DNA of 36,999 bases from Catajapyx aquilonaris (taxonomy: Eukaryota): NCBI GenBank assembly GCA_000934665.2, contig KZ538997.1, positions 1-36,999 on the forward strand. Direction: 5' to 3'. Positions within the stretch are counted from its first letter, which is position 1. The number at the start of each line of letters is the position of its first letter. The position numbers were made by a program, and so were the translations under genes. Positions 12,704 through 27,075 of the stretch are shown piece by piece. The notes below the pieces were generated by a model that was not told where the DNA came from, ran no database searches, and saw only the letters and a list, made by a program, of their open reading frames with translations.

Positions 12704-13988
12704 TGTTAGATCCAAGACATACGCCAAACACCTGTATTGAATAACCCTCTGAAAGCGAGAACTATGTCTGAATTGGAGTGTGGCAACGTTGGGGTCTGAA
12801 GGGCTGAATGAAGACTATTGGAGAGATGCTGACTATAGAAAACGGATGGACCCACCCGCCTGGATTGGCTTTCAAAGCTGAGAACGATGTCCCGACGGGG
12901 TTCCCAATGCATGCTCTAGCCCGGGCCCCGACGATTTTGGAAAAGCAAGGCACGCTGGTGAGGAAAGCAAGAGGAAATGGAAGGAGGAAGAGAAAGAAGA
13001 AGATGGAGGAGCCGGACCTGGAGAGAAAAGAGTCCAACTCTGCATATTTACGTAGCGGATGAGCTTTCTCCAAAAGGCTGGGGGTGAAATCAGAGATCGT
13101 CGATCATGTTTTTACTGAGGGGGATGCGGCTGAAGGATTTGGCAAATGAGTTGCCCTGTGCTTGCTCCACATAGAAAAGGAGGTTTCTTCAGTCACAGTT
13201 CACATGTGGGATTTTCTGAAGCGCTCTGATGCTCCTTTCTTATGGAATCTGGATGTGGAAGACGGCTCCCAAATGATTATGGATGTGTTTGTCGACAACT
13301 TTTCCTCCTCACCCAGACTGTATTTTTGCTGAACCACGAAGAGTTGTAAGGTGTAAGTAGAGCCTTATTCAACCCTCTTCTATTCAGAGAGGGGGTATAT
13401 ATTCTTTAAAAAGCCTTGGGCCACGACTCCGCCCCCTTTCATCGCCTTTGTGGGGTCATCATGATGATTTCATTTCGGAATGCGTCTGAAGCTTGAGCCC
13501 CACTTAGCTAAATACGGTGTAAAATTATGTATCTATGACAGGTACAAAATTTATAGACGGCCTTGCTGTGATGGAGTGTATAATTTAGTGGCTGTACCGA
13601 CATGGCTTATTTGTGGCTGCTGAATTGTTTTACTCGTGGAGTGATAATTTAAGGCTGCTGTGTGTGGCTGCGGCATTTCAATGTTTCACTGACAATGCTA
13701 TTATTATCTTGTTGGATGACCCGAAGGTCAGATTGGAGTTGAGGAAGAGCGAGCCCAAAGATGGCTGAAAAACACTGGGCGTGAGTACAAAGATAACGGC
13801 ATATTACTGTTGCCTGGTATAGGGTTGGAAAAGACAGTTCGTTTTTACTACAAATGTTAGTAATCATGCGTCTCAAAATATGGCGTAATCTGCCATTGTT
13901 ATAGAAATTAAAATGAATATTGCGGCACATTCTTTGACCATTTCAAGCACTTTCAATCCCAGGTTTTTACTATGACAGCGTATATATA

Positions 13989-14224
13989 CAGGGTGTTCCA
14001 AATTCGTGGGTCGGTTTTTTATATAAGTTAACTGATATCACCCGAAGCAGTTATTTTTGTGTAGTTTGTTATGCCCCTATCCAGGCTCCCAATTACTTCC
14101 AGGGAATCGAATATAGCAGTTACTAGAAAATGGGGCACCTGGTTAGTGGCACGACAAGCTACAAAAAATAACTGATTAGGGCGAAATCAGTGATAAAAAA
14201 ACGACCCACGAATTTGGACCACTG
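13989..14224. mobile_element. Mariner-type MITE, family B copy 1
   Basis: TA-CAGGGTGTTCCAAATTCGTGGGTC ... GACCCACGAATTTGGA (right tip degenerate). Collinear with 30559-30780. Confidence 0.88.
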
Positions 14225-17200
14225 AGATTCACTTATTGGCTCATATTATTATGAATTATTTCTCATGAAAATTATTCAGCATAAAATCAATCCTGGAAGG
14301 AATCCTTTAGCACCACAGGAGCTCATTTTTATTACTGATTTCCACCATCGGTAATCGCACAGAAGAGATACAACAAAACCTCCAGGCTTTCTCAAGGGTC
14401 ATTAACTTACAGTACTTTTTTGTTCAAGAGCCTGCAACTGAAAATTTATTGTATTTGCATTATTCACATTCTTTACGCCTGTGCGTCAAAGTCGGAAAGC
14501 CAAACAGCGGCTTCCCTTCGACGGATGTTTCATTACTTAAAGTGGAGGCGTTTTTGCTCTGTCTACGTATTCCTTACAGCGTTTCGTCTTGAGCTCTGCA
14601 TAAATATTGCCGGATTTCAAGTCGAATTCCCTTTTATCATACTGATCCTCCGTCATAAATTACAGTCCCCAGAATTATGCAGCTTCCGCCACAAGACAGC
14701 GGCCATTTTGGGTGTAATGTCACCAAAAACTCTTCTCTTGCGGTTTGGGGGTCCGGACCAGAAACCCATCGGGCTGGTCGAGCCGATTATACCATCTGAG
14801 AGGAAAGTAAAGCTTAAGGCCTTGTCAAGCTCGGGGGCTGCACCGTAAGCTTCCAATATGTCCGGTAATCTTTCCTTCTCGTCTTCCGAATGGAAACGTC
14901 GCGGGATAAATCTTAGCCCCCACTCGTGGACACGAAGTCTTAAGGGCTGTGTGACAGGGAACTCAAAAGGTGGGGTTTCCGTCTCCGGAGATTTGTTAAG
15001 CGATGCGAACAGGCTTCCTATAAGGTCTCCCCCAATGCGCTTCCTCGATTCCAGACCTCACTCGAAACCCACCAACCAAACCGACCCACCGCAGCTCTTT
15101 TAGTATAGAATTTCTTCGCTTTTCTCATTTTTTGGCTGGAAAAATTTTGTCCCAATAAATGATCGGATAGGTGGGATATAAGGTTGTAAACATCTTGTGC
15201 TTACCAAAAAGGTATGGGGCGAATCCAGGATTACATCTTCAGGCTTGGAGGCTGGAATGAGGCAATCAGAAGGAGAGTATGAAACCCGCATCAAGTGAAG
15301 GATTACAGTGTTTCTGTTCTGGAATTCCGGGGAGGCAATTTGAGGCTATCTTCAGGCCTAATTAAGTCGTGTATTATCTCTTGCAGGAGGGTGAACACGT
15401 GGGCTTACAAGATTCTGTGCGGCGTTTTGCTACACACCGATTATGCAAAGCGTAACGGGCTGCAAGCGTACGTGTTATGTGACTGGTGTAGTGTATTGGG
15501 AAGCAGGCTGCTGATAACAGCTTTTCTTTGGGAGGATGCACTACGAATTGCGCATATATGGCAGGTATTTTCGAGAGAACGAGTCTCTTGAAGATCAGCA
15601 CATTTGGAGCGTTATGTGCATTTTGGGAGGTTCAAGAAGGAGAGGTTTCTAGCAGCTTGCAAATCAGGATATAATCTGTGCTTTACATGCTAGCCTAAAG
15701 GTGTGTTCAAAACCTTGAGAGAACCAGGTGTTTTCGAGCGAATCGCTGCCAATATTTTGTGTCACCCCCTGCATTCTCTAGGTGGTGTGTGTTGGCCAGT
15801 AGAGAGTCTTGATGATGGATGGCGTAGTGTGTTGGGTGGCGGTCCTGGAACTTTGACTTGAAACAGCCTCTGTGGAGGCTTGTCTGAATAAGCAGATTTG
15901 GGGCATCCGGTGTTTACTTGCGATCTTACCCAGCCTTTCATGGCTTACTAGGTCCAATGTTTCTCAGAACAAGTCTCCGAATCATCATACAGAGTATCAT
16001 ACTCTGATTGATGATTCGGGAACACTGGGAAGTCACAGGTGGGGATATCAAGTGAGATCAGACTGGCTGTCCAAGGATGGCCAGGGCAGCAATGGACTCT
16101 CATTTATTTTACAATGGTGCAAATTCAATATCGGACCTTAATCCTCATACAATGGTTACACTCAGATAGGCTCCCAAAAGAGATTAGAGAGAGTCAGGGC
16201 CGGAAAGAGGATTTATATTCACAATGGAAACAGTCGTTGGGGTCGCTGGAGCAGGGCGCGATACTCCAATCGCGACGAGATGAAAGGTCGTGTAAAACCT
16301 TGTCAATTTGAGCTGGGTAATTGATGTCCACGTGCACTCACAGATGCGAAAGTGATAGTAAGCTGTCGAATAAATGCGTGCGTACAAGATATGAGGGCAA
16401 ATGGCCAGTTGATATACGGTGACTGCAATCGGCAAATTCCAACCTACATAATGTTTCGATATGATGTGCAGTATGGGCCGTATGTAGCATAGACGCCGGT
16501 ACAATTGCGTCGAGTGGCGTTATTATATGGCTTTCCTGATCCTGCTGACAGTTAAGTAGTGCTCTGGCCCTCATTTTGAAAGGCTAGCCTGCAATTATTT
16601 CCCTCTCTCGATGATTGATCGCTCTTGCCGGATTGATGGGTTAGCCTGCAACTTGCCAAATGGGAGTTGGGCAGTGAAAGAAGGAAAAGTGGGGGGCTCT
16701 GGCAGCAGTTTTCAAACCATTCCAGGAGGAAAAGTTGGGCTGTGGAGCAATGTGGCGAATGCGGAGTTACGCAACGGACCGCTGGACCGGAAGGAGAAGG
16801 AAAATTTCCGCACTTATCTTAATGCTCGGGCCTCTCATTGGAGGGGAAAGTTGGTGGCGTTAAGGCCGGATTCAATAGCCCACTTTACACTATGAAGCCT
16901 ATCGGAATTCGAATGACCACACTGTTATATTACTCATCCACTCGAAGGACACCCAATATTTGCTGAAACCTCTTAGGTATTAGGAGCTACTTATATTCCT
17001 GTTGGCGTAAAACAGTCTTTTAGTAAATGATTTGTCATCTTCGACGAATTAGGACCCACAGCTTCAATCATCTTTGAAATGGAACTTATCTCCGAGATAG
17101 TACGAGGATAAAATCCGGTCACGATATCGCCAGAAAGAAACTTTTAGCCAATCTGGAAGGTGGAACGAGAGGGGGAAAGGTAGTAGCCAATTATCGCCTA

Positions 17201-17234
17201 TGGCCATCCCTGCTGAGTTGGCACGTAAGACACT

Positions 17235-17261
17235 CTTCTTCTTCTTCTTCTTCTTCTTCTT
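17235..17261. repeat. (CTT)9 microsatellite
   Basis: Nine perfect CTT units. Confidence 0.9.
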
Positions 17262-19335
17262 CTCTTTTTTTCGTCACGCTATTTTGTTCTTCAGCTGGAC
17301 CAATAAAAGACGATCTGGCATAGAGCCGAATGTAGTAGGTCAAGCAAAAAGAGAAATCCGTCCTCATGAGTTACGAAGTCTGTCACTATTTAAGCTGCTT
17401 CAAAATTTTACCCTCGCAGCATCTTCCTTTTTCAAATCATCCCCACCATCCTTCTGGCTCACTCACAATTCTAGATCGGATTATGTGTCAGCCACACCAC
17501 TCAGGTTAATTAATTAAAGGTGATAATAACTACAGCAGTGAGTTAAACTTTAGTTGTATAATCAAGCATCTTAGCGATCTGAAGTAATTATCTGTATGAT
17601 ATTAGCTTCTTTCTGATGCAGCCGGTATTTGTTTTCAAGACTTTCCATTTCTAATGAGCTTAATGTCGACATTCGAATGTCGAAAAGACGTACCAGGAAC
17701 TAATCAACAAAGCTGGCAATATGAATAAAATACTACCGGATGTTGGATATACCTGGTTAGGTGGTACTGCACAACTTCCATTCTAGAGCCAACCCTGCGG
17801 CCTCCTTCTATCCCTAAGGCAATCATTGGCTCCCGGAAGTCCCAAATCTTTTTTCCCCCCCCTGCAGTGTAAATGGCACGGAGTCTGGTGCCTGAGCACC
17901 AGACCGTTGCTGGAGAACCAGGCACTCCCTGGACGAATTTCCACTCTAAAACTGCAATTACCGTCGGTACTGATAATGTCAGCGATTTGGGGCGGAGGGT
18001 AGAATCACTAACAGCATATTTCCCACAAGCTAGGCCTAGAGGAACGTGCTTACAATAGGGGATGTGCTGTATAATCTTGATGGGAGGCAAATATTGAGAG
18101 AGTGTGAATTGAGAAGCGGGATATTTTTTGAAATGAGACCATCAATTTAGGTTGTTTCGTCGGAAATGAACGTCTGTGTTGTAGGGCTGAATAACGTTCT
18201 TATATAGTTAAAAAAAGAGCTACATAAATCAATAGAAATTACTATCAGAAGCAATCAATTGGCAATGTTTCCAGCCAAGCATGCTATACACGTATAAGTT
18301 TCCTTTTTTCTAAAAATCGTGCAGGCTCAGCAGACATCTTTTCACATAATTTAGTGCATGGCGGAAGAGCCGTTTATTGGTTCCTTTGGGCCATCTTTTT
18401 TTTCTCCATCCCTTCGATGGTGGCAAGCAGCAGAGTAAAAGAGCCGGCAGGGGCCATATAGTAGTGAAGTTAGAGACTCTAAGAACATGAGATAGCGCGA
18501 TGAGTGCCATCCGTCTGTTCGACTTCTTGCTTCCCCCGCTTTCCCCCTGCACAGCTGCTACTGCTTCTTAGGAGAATCGGTCATAATTCACCAGCTCTTC
18601 CTCCTACCCCCACCAATTCCTCTTTCCACCTGGGGGAGCAGCTTTAGCTAAAGCGCGCAGTGATTTATCGGATCTGCTGCAGCAAGAAGCACAGCCCACT
18701 GGAAGGAAACAGGAGCGGGAAAAGGGTAGCTACACTAGCAAGGAAGAGAAGAAAAGGAAACATCTCAGGGAAATAAGCGAGGGAAAAATTCGGCCACTTT
18801 GGATTTACAATAGCTTAACAGTTATTTACATAGTTGTTAGTAAATAACTGCTGCGAACGCCCAACACATTCATAGTGACATACTCATGGTGCCTTGGGCC
18901 CTTTCACACTGACGCGAGTAGGACAGTCCGGATCGGTTTAGTCTCACAGAGGCATGAGAATGTGACCCATGGGCGGTTTTCTACTCACGTTGGTTTTTGG
19001 TGGTCTGAGCAGGAAGAGACCAAGCCCTCCCTTAGGAGCTGCAGTTGCTTGCTTTATTTAGAGCCTGCATGGGCTGCGCAGCCTAGTGATTGTATCTGCT
19101 GATGCCTAGTGAGAGTATGTAAGTCATGTAATGCAATTTAATGACGTTAATGAATTAATGATTGAGCTTGCTTTCTTATATATAGTGACATAGGAACACT
19201 TGTCTGACTCGCTGTAAAATCTGCCTGGCTGTGATGTCACTGCCGCAGGGGAAAACAATGCCCATTGGCAATTACTCTGTGAATGCTTGCTACTGACGGA
19301 CTAATAAAGAATCATAATTGAAGCCGACGGCATGG

Positions 19336-19366
19336 GACTATAGGTGACTATATGGTGACTATAGGT
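19336..19366. repeat. Short tandem repeat of ~10-11 bp (ggtgactata)
   Basis: gactataggt gactatatggt gactataggt. Confidence 0.6.
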
Positions 19367-22300
19367 TATGGCCTGTGCACAGTGTACTACATCATGTAAG
19401 CATCTCCTAATTTTACAAATCGATAATTGATCAAGATTGTCGTTGGCTACATGCATGTAATTTAGAGTAATTAGACATGTCTGTGTCTAAAACTGAATTG
19501 CCTGACCCGACAAGTCAGTAATGTTTTAACGTATTAAATTCTTTTCCAGTAGTGTACTTACATTAGTGTCACTGGAATACTAAATCACAAAAGAAGCATG
19601 CAAGGAGCGAAGGTTATTTCATTCACAAATTTTATCGTACGTATAAATTACATGCATATCACTTCCGAAGGGGGTATAGGCACGTTACAAAAAACTGTAA
19701 ACTTTTACTTATACAGTATGTAGTCAGTATATAATTTTCGTACAGCCTATACCAAAATGATACTGTTCCCATGTGTGTTAAAATAGTAATTACGTTATTT
19801 TTCATGGTGCTAAAATATATTATGAGCCCGAATAGGTTGTTAACCCGAACAGCTAGTGTTTTTGCTTTCATTAATTAGCTGTTGGCAAACTCGTACCTCC
19901 TGTCGGGAATGTACCAAGGGTGGTTTTCACCCGCTGCCAGTACCGAGGTATGGCAAATTTTACTTGAAACCAGGACTAGCCTATAACCCCAAAAAAGCAG
20001 TGTAATTGACCAAAAAAGGTGGCTTTATTTTCAAAGCATAATAATCACTTAAAAGTCGCCGTTACTATCCAGCGACTTACAAAATAACGCAATTAAGTTC
20101 CCTCTGTCCCGCTTCCCCTATCTAGCGGCCTAATTTGCGGATGGCGAGCCCCATTTGAGATCCACAGGGATAGCTCTGGCATAATTTTATATCACTTTGC
20201 AATATATGTTGATGCAAAGGCAGAGTCCCCTTTAATTTGTCTGCGTAACTGCTAGAGTTGTCCACGCGGCCCAACTACCCACTAAAATTCTGTTTATCTC
20301 GCTTCTCCTGACAACACATCCAAGTAGCCATTATGAAGCAATATAATATCCATTATTAAATTTAATCAAAATTTACTACATATTTTCACCCCATTGCGGA
20401 TGGAAGCCATCTTGGATTCTGAATATGACAGTTTTTCGGCTTAATTTTTAGTATTTTTGTGGACTTTCTCGGCATTTTTGAAACAGGCCTCTATCAGCTC
20501 AACAAATTAACCACAATTCGACTGCAAGTCGCATAGCTGCGACAGAAAAAAAGTTTTGGCCAAACTTGTTGGCCCTCTCATCTCTCCAGCCTCTCCAATG
20601 TAGTCCGGACAAGTAGTGCGAAATCTCTGCTGACGACATTATTGATGTTCCTCTGTTATGTGCCCATATAAATCTCTCCGTCTGCCTGACTTTGGGGGTA
20701 TAGCCTGGAGTAGAGGAATGTCAGAGAGAGGAGGGGAGGGGTGGGAGAGGTATTAGTTGGCAAGTCGAGGTCTGTCACATTTTTACACCCTAGGGCTTTA
20801 TTGCAAGGCTTGGAAACAGAAGTATCGATTCTCTAGCGCACTTAATTAAAATATACCGCGCCCAAAATGATCAAGTCGGAAAGTAGCAGTCAGTTGTTAT
20901 GATTTTATTGCGAGGATTGGGTAAATCCCAGTCAGGCTTTTAATGCTTCTAATTTGATGGCGGCCATGCTGGAATAACCCTCCGAGTACTCTACCTATTT
21001 GTACCTAGTTCAACATCTGGAACTTTCTGTTACACCACATTTTATGCCTATTTGAACTTATTATGAGAACAATTAACTCAGATATGCCCGAATAATTTAT
21101 TTACAATTTTTAAATATTTTTTTATTTATGAACAAATAAAGAATTAACATAGTAACTACTATAAATCTAATAGATGTATTGTACAGTGGTGGAAATTCAT
21201 GGATATCTACAAGTATCGCCGCCTGGCGGGGCTCTCCTGTTGCTTCATGTGGTACCCCTGTTTGAATTTTTCCCCCGCACCAGGCGCATTGTGATAGAAC
21301 TACAGTGTGGTCCGTAAGACAAGTTGGACCACAATGAATATGTTTGTTTTTTTTTTAAAGTGAAGGAATGACTTGAACGCCCCTCGTAAATGAATGGCTC
21401 GCATGCTTCTGTTGTTGTCACCCCTAATTTGAATGCCAATACATCACGCAAGCACTAATATTGTTTTCGCATTCGAGGGCTCATTATTAACGAGAGGGTA
21501 AACAGTATTGGTTATTCAATTGCATAAACGAATGTGTGTATACTTGTGTTGTGCGGATTCCCTCTCCAAACCATCACATGTGAGAGCAACGCTACAGGAT
21601 TGGACCACAAGGAATATCCTCAGTATGTGTAGCAGGCTACTCTAGCTAATTTGAAAGGTGTTTTGTTTTGGTGCTCATTCGGTTTTTTTCTGTTCCTTTT
21701 TTGGGGGGACCCCCACCAGTCGCAGGATGGCTTTGTTTGCTCAGGGCGTTTCCATGCAAGTCACAGGAAAATTTAATGATGAAGCCATCTGTGCTTGCCA
21801 ATGGCTAATTCGTGTGTGTGTTTGTGGGCGTGGAATTGTGTGCGAAATTTCCAGTTCAGAGCATGTTCAGTAGGCTAGTTGGTGAGTGTAAGGGAATGGT
21901 AGGGGGGGGGGGTGTAGGCCTATCATTACAACGTAACGTTTGTCTCGTCATGTGTAGGTCTCATACTTCTACCGTGCCCAGACTCCATATTTGTGGGCGC
22001 CAACAATGAGCGTTTGTCAAATACAAAATCCAGATAATGAAAGCCCAAAAATGCAATTCTTAATAAGAACACAGCATGTGTGACATTAGCGAATCAGCAT
22101 TTATAAAACATGCATCTCTGGGAAGCAATACCACATCTAATTTACATACCAACTAGGAACTCGTTAAAGCTTTGACTGTGTCCTCGTAATGAGCAAGGAC
22201 TGCAACGCCAGAAATTCGTTGGGCCTCTCCACGAGCCATACCAACCAAGTACAAGCATAATATTATACTGCTTATTAGCTACATGCATGTGCAACCTTTC

Positions 22301-25215
22301 CACCTCAGCTTTTCTAAATAGGTTTTAAAATGAGTTATTAATACCTGTTAAATTGTTTTAGCCTTTGCAAAAATAGGCTACTGATAAAGACAATTATTTT
22401 TGAAGTTAAAAGAAACTAATATCAAACATTTACCTCTGGGCATCGTGGGCATACCTACCTGCTTATCAGCAGTTTTCTTTGCCCTGCCGCCACCTTTTCC
22501 CTCGCTTTCGACAGATATTTATTTAAAAAAATATCCTCATCTTAAGGAACCTTTTTTTTGTTTCAAAAAAGGCGAGAGAGGATTCTTTGTGTTCATTTAC
22601 TGTTAAACACACCTTGCACTCTCTCGATGCCTGGAGTTGTTTTTTGCTGCTGTGGGTTTCCGTTTCAGGCTTTGAACTCTTGTACCTGCTGAGGCTTGGT
22701 TGGAGATAATCCTCATTTGGGGGGGGGTTCCCCCGAGGTAATACATTTCCATGAAAAACGTATCCAGATGCATCTGGTACCACAGCTTTCGTAAAAATAC
22801 CTTACAAAAAGGACCCCGAACGTAATCATGCAATTACCCTTTTTTATTTATGGACATCACATAAATGTATATAAAAAAAGGTTGTTTCATAGTATAATCC
22901 GAATGATATCCCATTTTGTGGCTGTAAAATAATGATAACGACCGGAGATATCTGATCGACCTTCTCTATCTAGCGGGAAAATCAGGCTGCTCCAATACGT
23001 GGAAACATCTCACCTTACGAACACTTTTCCTCCATCTTATACAAAGACGAATTGGGCCATTTATCTGGATCCTCCGGGCGCCAATCTGTCATTATTTTCG
23101 GTGGCAGGCAAACACTGCAGTGCAATGGGAGGAGAAACAGTGGACCCAAAATATAAACCTGTGATTGGAGGCCCAGAAATCCTGTGACTGCCATGACTAA
23201 TTCGTAGAAGACATTTTTTTGTTTTGAGTTTTTTTTTTAGGGGGGGGGAGGGATGGTCCCCCCTTTTTTTGTTGGTTTTGTTGCCTTGGTTCAACACTTA
23301 GCAGCATTTTCTAGATGCAATTAGGCAGAAATTAGCTTTTTGATATATCGATTATAGATCGACCAACCGATCATGTCGATTATTTATCTAGACCATATCG
23401 ATTTTCGCTTAAATTTTGGATGGCAAACATGCCTACCTGGCTTGTTTGGCCACATCTTGGCCACCCTAAAGTTCCTGGCTATACAGTGTGTGTGTGACTG
23501 ACATTAATGAATGAAACCTCCCACGTCTCTAATGCCTACCAAGTTGAGCTCGTGCCGGGTATTCACGATTTGTGCTCGTCTTTTCGTCAGTCCAGAGTCT
23601 TTTCCTGGTCACGCAACACGCCTCAAATAATAGATGCAGCTTCTTGCTACCCATGAATCAACCACTCACCCAGCTGGATTCAAATCGGGGATGGTTTTTG
23701 ATTTCCATGATTGATATTCCAGGTATTTAGAGTGAAAGATAATTAATATCCGTGAGTTATATATAATAATGCCTTGGGGTACTTCATCGTTCAACGCCTC
23801 TGGGACTCATGCGCTCCTTATTATCACGTCACGTTATAGGACAATAGGTTTTATATACGGAACGTCTGCGCCTAATTGCAATTTGTGATTTGATCTGGGA
23901 AAAAAGTTGTTGGGGTATGAAAAAGGGTAACATGAAGAGGATGTGGTTTATCCGAGATGGTCTACTGAATGAGATCATTTCTTTTAAATAATGCGATAAT
24001 GTATAATGGACTCATATTACCGATAATCTGGACGCAATGTAAGTGTAAATGTGATTTATTAATGATGGGGAAAAGGAAGTGGACGTGGCTTATTTTAGAC
24101 ACCTATCCAGGCATTCTCCAGAGAATGGCCTAGAAAGTGAATCCTTGGTCATGCAGGAAGAAGGTCAAAGTTTTTATAGCATGCAGTGTCGGGCACTATA
24201 TTCTCGTGTGTAATGACTAATGACCTAGAAATTCCACACCATTCGGCCAATTTTCGTGCTTATTAATCAACCAAACAAAATTGTGTAATTAGGGCAAGAG
24301 ACATCATGTTACTAAGTTACCGCCGATGCGGGTTCTAGGGTAAGAGGGGCGATGCACGCAATTCTTGGTGGGTCAAAAGAGCCATTATTGGCACTAGATA
24401 CCATCCCATACCATGCATTTGAAAGCGAGTTCGTGCCACAGTTTGCCTTAACCACTTCCCCTGCAAAATTAATGAACGCTATAGACAGAGAAGAAATATG
24501 TCCAATGAAGTGTAAGATGATATCTAAGACGAAAATGATGTCGGCTGATTTGTCCAAATATTTCTTAAAAAATAAATCAATTATAGTAATAATGGTATAA
24601 TTACATAAATGCTAATCAAACCGCAAAAAAGCTATTTGAAAAATGTTCTGTACTGAGGATGTTTCCAAATGAGTGCAATTTGCTTTGTTTCAGCGTAGGA
24701 GAATATATCTTCTCTGTAAAGCAAATGTTTTATCTCTGAACAACTGATCAATGGGGAGTGCATGGACAAGATCTATTTCCACATATTTTATCTATTCTAG
24801 TACAACTTAATCGCCGTTGACTTTGTGGCGTACCCAATGTGCTACCAGTAATCGGTTTCGAGAAAATAAAGTTGTAAATCCCCCAGTTCCATGAATTACT
24901 AGCAAAACCGTGCCCGTGGCAATGGGGAGCATTGTGTACTGTACAGTATAACACAAACGAGATGGCTATTATTTCCATCTGTTATGTAAATTTTGACATT
25001 ATAACGGTACATACAACACCCTAATCGCAAGCTTCATCTTTCCTACCCCTAAAAATCTGCTTAAAATGAATCAGACCCTCTAGCAAAACTACAGGATTTG
25101 AATCCACCACGACATATGCTTATCCCATATCCCCCTTCTGGCAACAACACGAAGGAATTTCCAGGTAGATGAAGTTTCTCTTCTGTCGACTTGGCTGGGA
25201 TTTGTTCCTTTCCTG

Positions 25216-25536
25216 NNNNNNNNNNNNNNNNNNNNNNNNNNNNNNNNNNNNNNNNNNNNNNNNNNNNNNNNNNNNNNNNNNNNNNNNNNNNNNNNNNNNN
25301 NNNNNNNNNNNNNNNNNNNNNNNNNNNNNNNNNNNNNNNNNNNNNNNNNNNNNNNNNNNNNNNNNNNNNNNNNNNNNNNNNNNNNNNNNNNNNNNNNNNN
25401 NNNNNNNNNNNNNNNNNNNNNNNNNNNNNNNNNNNNNNNNNNNNNNNNNNNNNNNNNNNNNNNNNNNNNNNNNNNNNNNNNNNNNNNNNNNNNNNNNNNN
25501 NNNNNNNNNNNNNNNNNNNNNNNNNNNNNNNNNNNN
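25216..25536. other. Assembly gap (321 N)
   Basis: Run of n characters. Confidence 1.
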
Positions 25537-27075
25537 GGCCGTACTTCCTGCTGGCGGCATCTTTTTATCAAAAATTAAATGGGCAATAAGATGACCTTAG
25601 TGAGTTAAGACATGCACAGTGCTGGACATTAATGGTGTGGTACTGGTGGCGCCATTAGCCGGCGGAGCTCATGTGAGAAACGCATGTCCAACCACGTCAA
25701 GGTAGAGCCACCGTCGGGGTGCAAGATGATTTAAATATATTTACTACCAGCTAGACATTTGTACGTTTCATAATGAAGCACCCTGTATAGATTTTTCTAG
25801 TGAGGAAGCTGCAGTACCATATTCTTCAAGAGCCGGGGACCTATAGAGTAATTCGATGTTTGCTGATAAATATTGATATTGGCAGAGGCAATTCAGCGGC
25901 CAGGAATTTCAGCGCGCCCTAATGGAAGGTCCTGAGTCGAGCAGCTCAATATTTTCCCTATCACTTTAGGGGAAGTGGATAATACATAATGGACCACAGG
26001 AAGTCGAATAGGTTTGTACTTCCTCTGTAGACTCGGTTTCCATTTGGCCGATGCAAAGACAGTTCAAAAAAAACCTATGTCCCGGTGGAAAATGAGCACA
26101 CACACTCTCCTGTGAGCACCTTTTCCATTTTGCAGTGGCGTATACTTTTAGGGCTGCATACCATATAATGGATCCTGTGGCCAATGGGAGATGGCATGCA
26201 TGAGTTGTAAATTCAGGTGCAAATGTTGTAGGTCATGTAACAATTTGGCAATGCATTAGCCTAAATCAAAAAGACCGGAGCTTTAGGGCGCTTTTCAATT
26301 TTATTGAAGAGGTTACTGCAACAATGGGCTACTCCACATCTTGTAAAAATGAATTAAATGAGTCCTTTTAGTTAAAGTCATGGGAAAATAAATTCATTGC
26401 ACATGGCAGCAAAACGCCCTCACTTTTAGGCGCATGTCTGAATAGTTTATTACAGGAAGATCCATTTCGTTGGCGGTTATCCGCCGAAATCATTACAAAC
26501 CTCGTAGCCTCTCCCTCAATGGGGTCCTAGCCTACATTTTGCAAACTCATGTACAAAATCATCCTTATTTTTAAATGAATTTTTGTGTTTTTTGTTTGGA
26601 GAAATGCATATTAGTTTTCGAGCTATGATCTATCTAAGATCATAATAATTATACGGTGTCGTATTGCCCACTGCCGTCACTGTTGCTAAAGAGATCGGTG
26701 CAGAGGCAGGAATGCATCCATCCGGGTTGCTTTGTTCCTTTGTTTGTTGACTAACAATCGAACGACCGCAAGTAAATCCGAATCGAACGACCGCGCGAGG
26801 CAACGTCCTGCTGACTTGTTGTTAGCTTGGTTAGACAGGAGTGGGAATGCGATTTTTAGGCCACGCCCCGTTTTTCCCGCGAATTTGCGAGGACTTTTAA
26901 ACCCCCGAGTAATAACATTTTGGTACCGAAAAGTGGTGGCATGGATGTTTATATGTATGGTTGAACTATTCGTGTAGAAATTACCCAAATCCCAGGCCAA
27001 GGGTAGGACCCCATTCCTACAACAATACTGGCTGGTGTCGTCAAAGGCGGTCTAGAAACGATGCCAGCTATCTCA

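Noticed and set aside
580..16860. Shared peptides NFRTYL and W.GKL between a minus frame near 580-635 and the ORF at 16611
   Set aside because: In the first locus they are in different frames and in reverse order, so most likely chance.
17666..17683. 18-bp perfect palindrome tcgacattcgaatgtcga
   Set aside because: Isolated, and not improbable in 37 kb.
25089..25594. Four ORFs of 132-160 aa
   Set aside because: They span the N gap and are not real.
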